Shown: positions 51,474 to 64,000 of the stretch, one piece after another
Layout of the letters: every line of letters begins with the position of its first letter
Numbering within the stretch: the stretch's first letter is position 1
NCBI GenBank assembly: GCA_050613775.1
Contig: JBODTK010000146.1
Coordinates: 1 to 64,000 of the forward strand
DNA length: 64,000 nt
Origin: Neocallimastix sp. 'constans'
Lineage: Eukaryota
Reading direction: 5' to 3'
Program-made: the position numbers and the translations under genes
The notes under the pieces: model-generated
What the model saw: the letters and a program-made list of their open reading frames with translations, nothing else
What the model was told of the DNA's origin: nothing
Database searches by the model: none

Positions 51474-52070
51474 AAAATGTGAGGAGTTAAACACGAAATA
51501 AATTTTTATTTAAAAGCCACGTTCCAAAATAAATAAATAAATAAATAAATAAATTATAATTAGATTAATTCTAAAATATATCAATGTATTGAATATAAAA
51601 CTTTTTAAATAAATGCAACTCCTTCATTATTATAAACGATAAAAAAAAAAAAAAAGGATATTTTTAAAATATGAAAGTTTGCATAATCATCTTGAAAAAG
51701 AATTTGATGCATCATCTATATCAATGGCAAAACATAAAAAATTAAAGAAGAAATTAGAAAAAGTTTAATTCCTTTGGGTATAGCCCCTAAACTTTTAAAT
51801 TTAAATGTTAAGTTTCATAAGAAATGGGATTTATATGTTCTAATGTTCTAATGTTCTGAATAACAATACAATTAAATTTCAAATAGCAAGAAATATAAAT
51901 ATACAACTATCTCCTTGATGTAACAAAATATGATGAAATTCCTGATAAATCAATAAAAATAAAAAAAAAAAAGAAAAGGAATTATTAATTATATTACAAT
52001 GACGAAAAATTATATATATATATATATATATAATTATATTTATTATAAAGTGATTTGGAACATAACCTTT
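51474..52070 (+). mobile_element. Probable decayed Mutator-like (MULE) DNA transposon remnant
   Basis: Broken reading frames at ~51580-51950 give YQCIEYKT..KCNSFII..LKYESLHNHLEKEFDASS (a C-C-HxH FLYWCH/WRKY-like finger) and NTIKFQIARNIN..TKYDEIPD. It begins with a motif (aagccacgttccaaaat) also found at 10641-10657, and has a partial inverted match (tttggaacat) near 52054. Confidence 0.5.
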
Positions 52071-52213
52071 TGTAAATCCTAAATGTATGATTGATATTTA
52101 TAGTAAAAATTAGGTGTGAAACAAATAATAATGATCAATTTTTTTTTTTTTTTTTATAACAATATAGAATATATTGCAAGTAATGCATCAGAATCAGAAT
52201 CCATCAATAATTT

Positions 52214-52248
<35 letters not shown>

Positions 52249-52787
52249 CTTTTTATAAATTAATATATGTATTATAAAACAAGAAGAAAAATCCTTATTT
52301 TAAGAATGATAACAAAAGGAAAATTGTGGAAATTTAAAGAGAGAGAGAAAAAAAAAAAAAAAAATTTTAAAAATTGATAAATATAAATATAATAGTTTAT
52401 TAGTTTTTTATATATATATAAAACTAATTATTAAATAAAATAACATAGTTTAATAAAAATAACATTTTAACTAATTAATTTGGTCTTTTATATATATATA
52501 TATATTGAACAAAAAATAAAATTTATAAGTAATATAATGAAATTTTTATTTAAATATATATTTATATATATATATATTTATACATATTTATACATTAAAT
52601 TTCAAAGAAAAGAAAATAACAAAAAAAAAAAAAATTTTTTTAAATTTTAAAATAGAATATGAAAAGATAATAATAAAAAAAAAAAAAAAAATAGAAATAG
52701 AAAATGAAAATTAAAAAGAAAAAAAAAATTAAAAATAATAAGAAATATAAAATATAAAAAAAAATTTTTTTTTTTTTTATTTTGATG

Positions 52788-52825
<38 letters not shown>

Positions 52826-53259
52826 AAAAATTCTTTTTTTAATGGTATAATTTATAAATATATACACATACATAAAAATTATTTATTAAATAGATTATTA
52901 ATAAAAAAGTTTTAAATTAAAAAAAAAAAAAAAAATTCAAACTTAAAATTAAAAGAAAACAAAAAACAAAAAACAAAAAAAAAAAAAGTTGATTATAATT
53001 ATTGGTCTGTCTGTTTTGTTTGTCTTTTCATAAATAAAAAAAAAAAAGAAGAAGAAGATATATATATATAAATAATAAATAATAATATATATATATATAT
53101 TTTTATAGTTTTAAATATTATGAAATATATATTATATGTAGATATATCAATTCAATTAAAATTTTTTTTTTCTTTTATATGTATATATATAAAAAAAGAT
53201 TTCCTCCATCATGATCATAAAGGTTTAACTTTTTGTTTCTTTCTTTCTTTCTTATTAAA

Positions 53260-60482
<7,223 letters not shown>

Positions 60483-60679
60483 TTTTTTTTTTTTTTAAAA
60501 AAAAAGAAAAAAAAAGTTTAATAATTGTATTAATTTAATATTTATTAAATTTGTATGATTATTTTATTTTGTTTGTTTAGTTTTTTTTTTTTGGTTGGTA
60601 GGTTGATTTATTTGCTTGTTTATATATTTTAAGTTTTCAAATATTTTAAAAGAAAAACTTCTATATTAATATTTTTTTT

Positions 60680-60726
<47 letters not shown>

Positions 60727-62419
60727 AAAAATAAAAATGGTTTTTTACATAAAATTAAAAAATAAGAAAAAAAAAATTTTTTTTTTTATTAAATATATAT
60801 ATTTAAAAAAAAATTTAAATAATATATATATATAATTTTTAATAAAAAAAAAAAAAGGTTTAAAATTTAATAAAAAAAAATAAAAGATAATATAAAATTA
60901 TCAAATGAAAGTATAAAAAAAAAAAAAAAAAAAAAGTGTATAATTAAAAAAACTATTTAAATATTTAATAAAGAAAAAAATATTAATATTTAAAGATTTA
61001 GAAAACTTTTTTTTAATTTTGAATTCTTATTTAGCGTTTGTTTTATTCGTTAATAAAATTATTTTTTGAATATTATTTAATTTTTTTAATAATTATTTTA
61101 TTTTTTAATAATAAATCAATTATTTATTATTAGTTTTTATTTTCCTTTTTATTTTATATAAAATCTTTAATATATATTTTTGAAGTTAATTAATATATAT
61201 TTTTATATAATTAAATTTTACTTTATATTTTTTTTACTAATTTATTTTATTTTATTAAACTTAATGGTTTTTTTTTTTTTTTTTTTGAAATAAACGATTT
61301 TTTTATTTTTTTTTTTTAATTATTATTTTTACTATTATTATAGTTTTGGAATTTAATAATTTTTTATTTTATAATTATTTCTATTTTTTTTAAAAAAATA
61401 ATTATTTATTCTTTGAATTTTTATTTTTATTTTTATTTTTATCGTTTATTATAATTATTTTTTATTCTTTTATTTTATTTTTTTTTTTGCTTATTTGTTA
61501 AATGAATTTATTTTAAACTAATATATATTATTTAAACTCAATTTTTACTTTTTATTTTTATTTTTACTTTTATTTTTATTTTTTTCTTGGTTGTAGTGTT
61601 TTCGTTAATGTAAAAAAATAGAAATACATATATATATAATAGTATTTTTTTTTAAAAAAAAAATAATTAAATATTAATTATTTACAATATAAAGGTCTTC
61701 AAAGATATATATAGAATATTTCTATTCTTTCCTTTATATTTATTAAAATAAATAATTTATATTATTTATTTCTTAAAAAAAAAAAAAAATTATATATATA
61801 TATATTTAATATTTAATATATTGAAATTAGGATATTTAGTTTCATAGGTATGTAGTAAGACTTCTGAGTTTCGATTTTTAATTATTTTAATTTCTTTAGT
61901 TATTAAACTTTTCTTTATATATTTATATACTGTTACAGTTCAAAACGTTAAAGAATTTATTTAAACTACTTTTGTATTTTTTGGGTATTTGTCTTTTAAA
62001 TACTTCTATGGCACCTGTTGAGTTTTTGACATATATATAGTTTCTATATGCAATAAAGATTTAAACTTTTTTTTTTTATTTTTATTTTTAAACCATTAAA
62101 AAATTAAAATATATAAAAATTTTATATTTCAATATTGTTTTTTATTATTATTTAAATATTTTACTTTTAATAAAATAAAATAAAATAAAAAATAAAAAAA
62201 TATTATTTTTATTATTATTATTATTATTAAAAAAATTAAATTATTCTTTAAATTAAGAAAGAAAGAAAAAAAAGAAAAAAATTTTTTTAGAAAAATTTTT
62301 TATATTTATATTAAAAAAAAAAAAAAACATTTTTATTTTTTTTAAATAAGGAAATAAAATAGAATATTATAAGACTTTTTTTTTTTAATTATTTTACATA
62401 ATAATTATATTAATACTTG

Positions 62420-62454
<35 letters not shown>

Positions 62455-64000
62455 GAATTTAATTATTATTCATTAGAAAATAACTTTTTCTTTTCTAAAA
62501 AATTAAATAAATAAGTAAATAAGTAAATAAATAAATAAATAATATAATAAATAAAATAATAAATGAATGAAAAAATAAATAAATAAATAATATATAAATG
62601 AATAAATATATTAATAAATAAATAAATAATCTTGGAAATTTTTTTTTTACTTTTTAGGTAATATTTAATAAAAATAAAATTAAAACTAAAAGAAATATGC
62701 TTTAGTGTATATTAGATTATAATGATATCTATGGTAAGTATATAAAATAATATATGATAAGAAAAAAGGACAGAAAAAACAAAAAATGAGATTTAAAATT
62801 TTTTTAGTTTTTAATTTTTCATATTTTAAATATTTATTAAATTATATATAAAAAAAAATACTATGATAGAAATAATAATAATAATATATAAAAAAAAAAA
62901 GAGTTAAAATAATATTAAAAAAAAACACTTTATTATAGAGGTTAAAAATATGATTTGGAATAGAACTTTTATTCTATCTTTGTCTACGACATATTAATTA
63001 CATTCAGTAATGTTTTATAATTATAGATTATAATTGGAGATATATTAATATTTAAATATTTGATACTGTATAAAAGCAAAAAATAAAAAAATTGTAAATT
63101 TAAACAATAATAATAGATATAATTATTATTTTTTATTTCATTGAATAATTAATAATTTAAATTTATTTATATTTATTATTACTATTAAAAATACAATGTT
63201 TTTCTACTTATTATTATAAATTCAATTTTTTATAGTATTACTAAAACTACATTCTTACTCTTCGTTGTATTCTTCTTTACGTTATTACTTATTTTTATTA
63301 TTAATATTTATTATCCATTACAATCATTATTAATATTTACTATTAATTATAATTTATTATTTATTATTAAATAATTTAATAAAAATAAAAGAATTATTAA
63401 TTTAATTATTTATTATATAAAAATTCTTTTTTATTTTTATTAATGATTCACCAAATGATTAATATATAGTTATTATAGTTATTATATTTAATTATTATAT
63501 TTCAATATTTGTATCTATTGAAATAAATAATTCAGTTGAATATATTTAATTATATATTCTATTTTATATTAAATTAAAATTAAAAATTTTTAATTTAACT
63601 CTGTAAAAAAAAAAAAAATTTATTTCTATAGCCCATTAAATGAAATGTATTGAACATAATATACTTTAATATATATACTAATATATTAATTAATTAACTT
63701 TAAAAACAAAAGATTAAAAAAAAAAAGGAAAATAAAAAATTTTAAAAAGTAAATGGATTACTAATATTAAGAGATAAGAAAATAAAGTGTAGAGAGATAA
63801 TAGAATAGCTTATATAGAAATAATAATGAATATAAAGAAATTAAAGAAAATAAAATAAAAAATAAAAGAGGATTAAATTATTATTTCTCATGTTAATTTG
63901 TAAAGCTATACTACTGTGCATTGATGTGAATACTTTTCATATAATCGAATTTTTAAAGAATCAGATGTAAACTGTTTTTTGTGATTATATAAATAAAATT

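Overview
Extremely AT-rich eukaryotic genomic DNA with GT-AG introns, long poly(A)/poly(T) runs and microsatellites. Composition and gene content (GH5 mannanase, bacterial-type solute-binding protein, SKN7) suggest an anaerobic gut fungus (Neocallimastigomycota); this assignment is inference. I can support seven protein-coding genes: a secreted GH5 beta-mannanase; a 5-exon solute-binding protein that the ORF track mostly misses; an intronless U-box/vWA/Vwaint/Hint(Vint) protein; a 14-TMS MFS transporter; a 5-exon SKN7-like HSF-receiver transcription factor; a PRL-type phosphatase lacking a CAAX box; and an 11-exon, ~1540-aa coiled-coil/LRR protein. A ~7 kb cluster of decayed non-LTR retrotransposons (17.3-24.4 kb) contains nested insertions with readable target-site duplications. 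There are also a probable MULE remnant, an inverted pair of poly(A)-tailed short retroposons, several fold-back inverted repeats and heptamer arrays. The most intriguing element is the U-box/vWA/Hint protein: a possible self-cleaving ubiquitin ligase whose Hint domain would leave a Gly-Gly thioester. All calls come from reading the sequence by eye; no searches were run.
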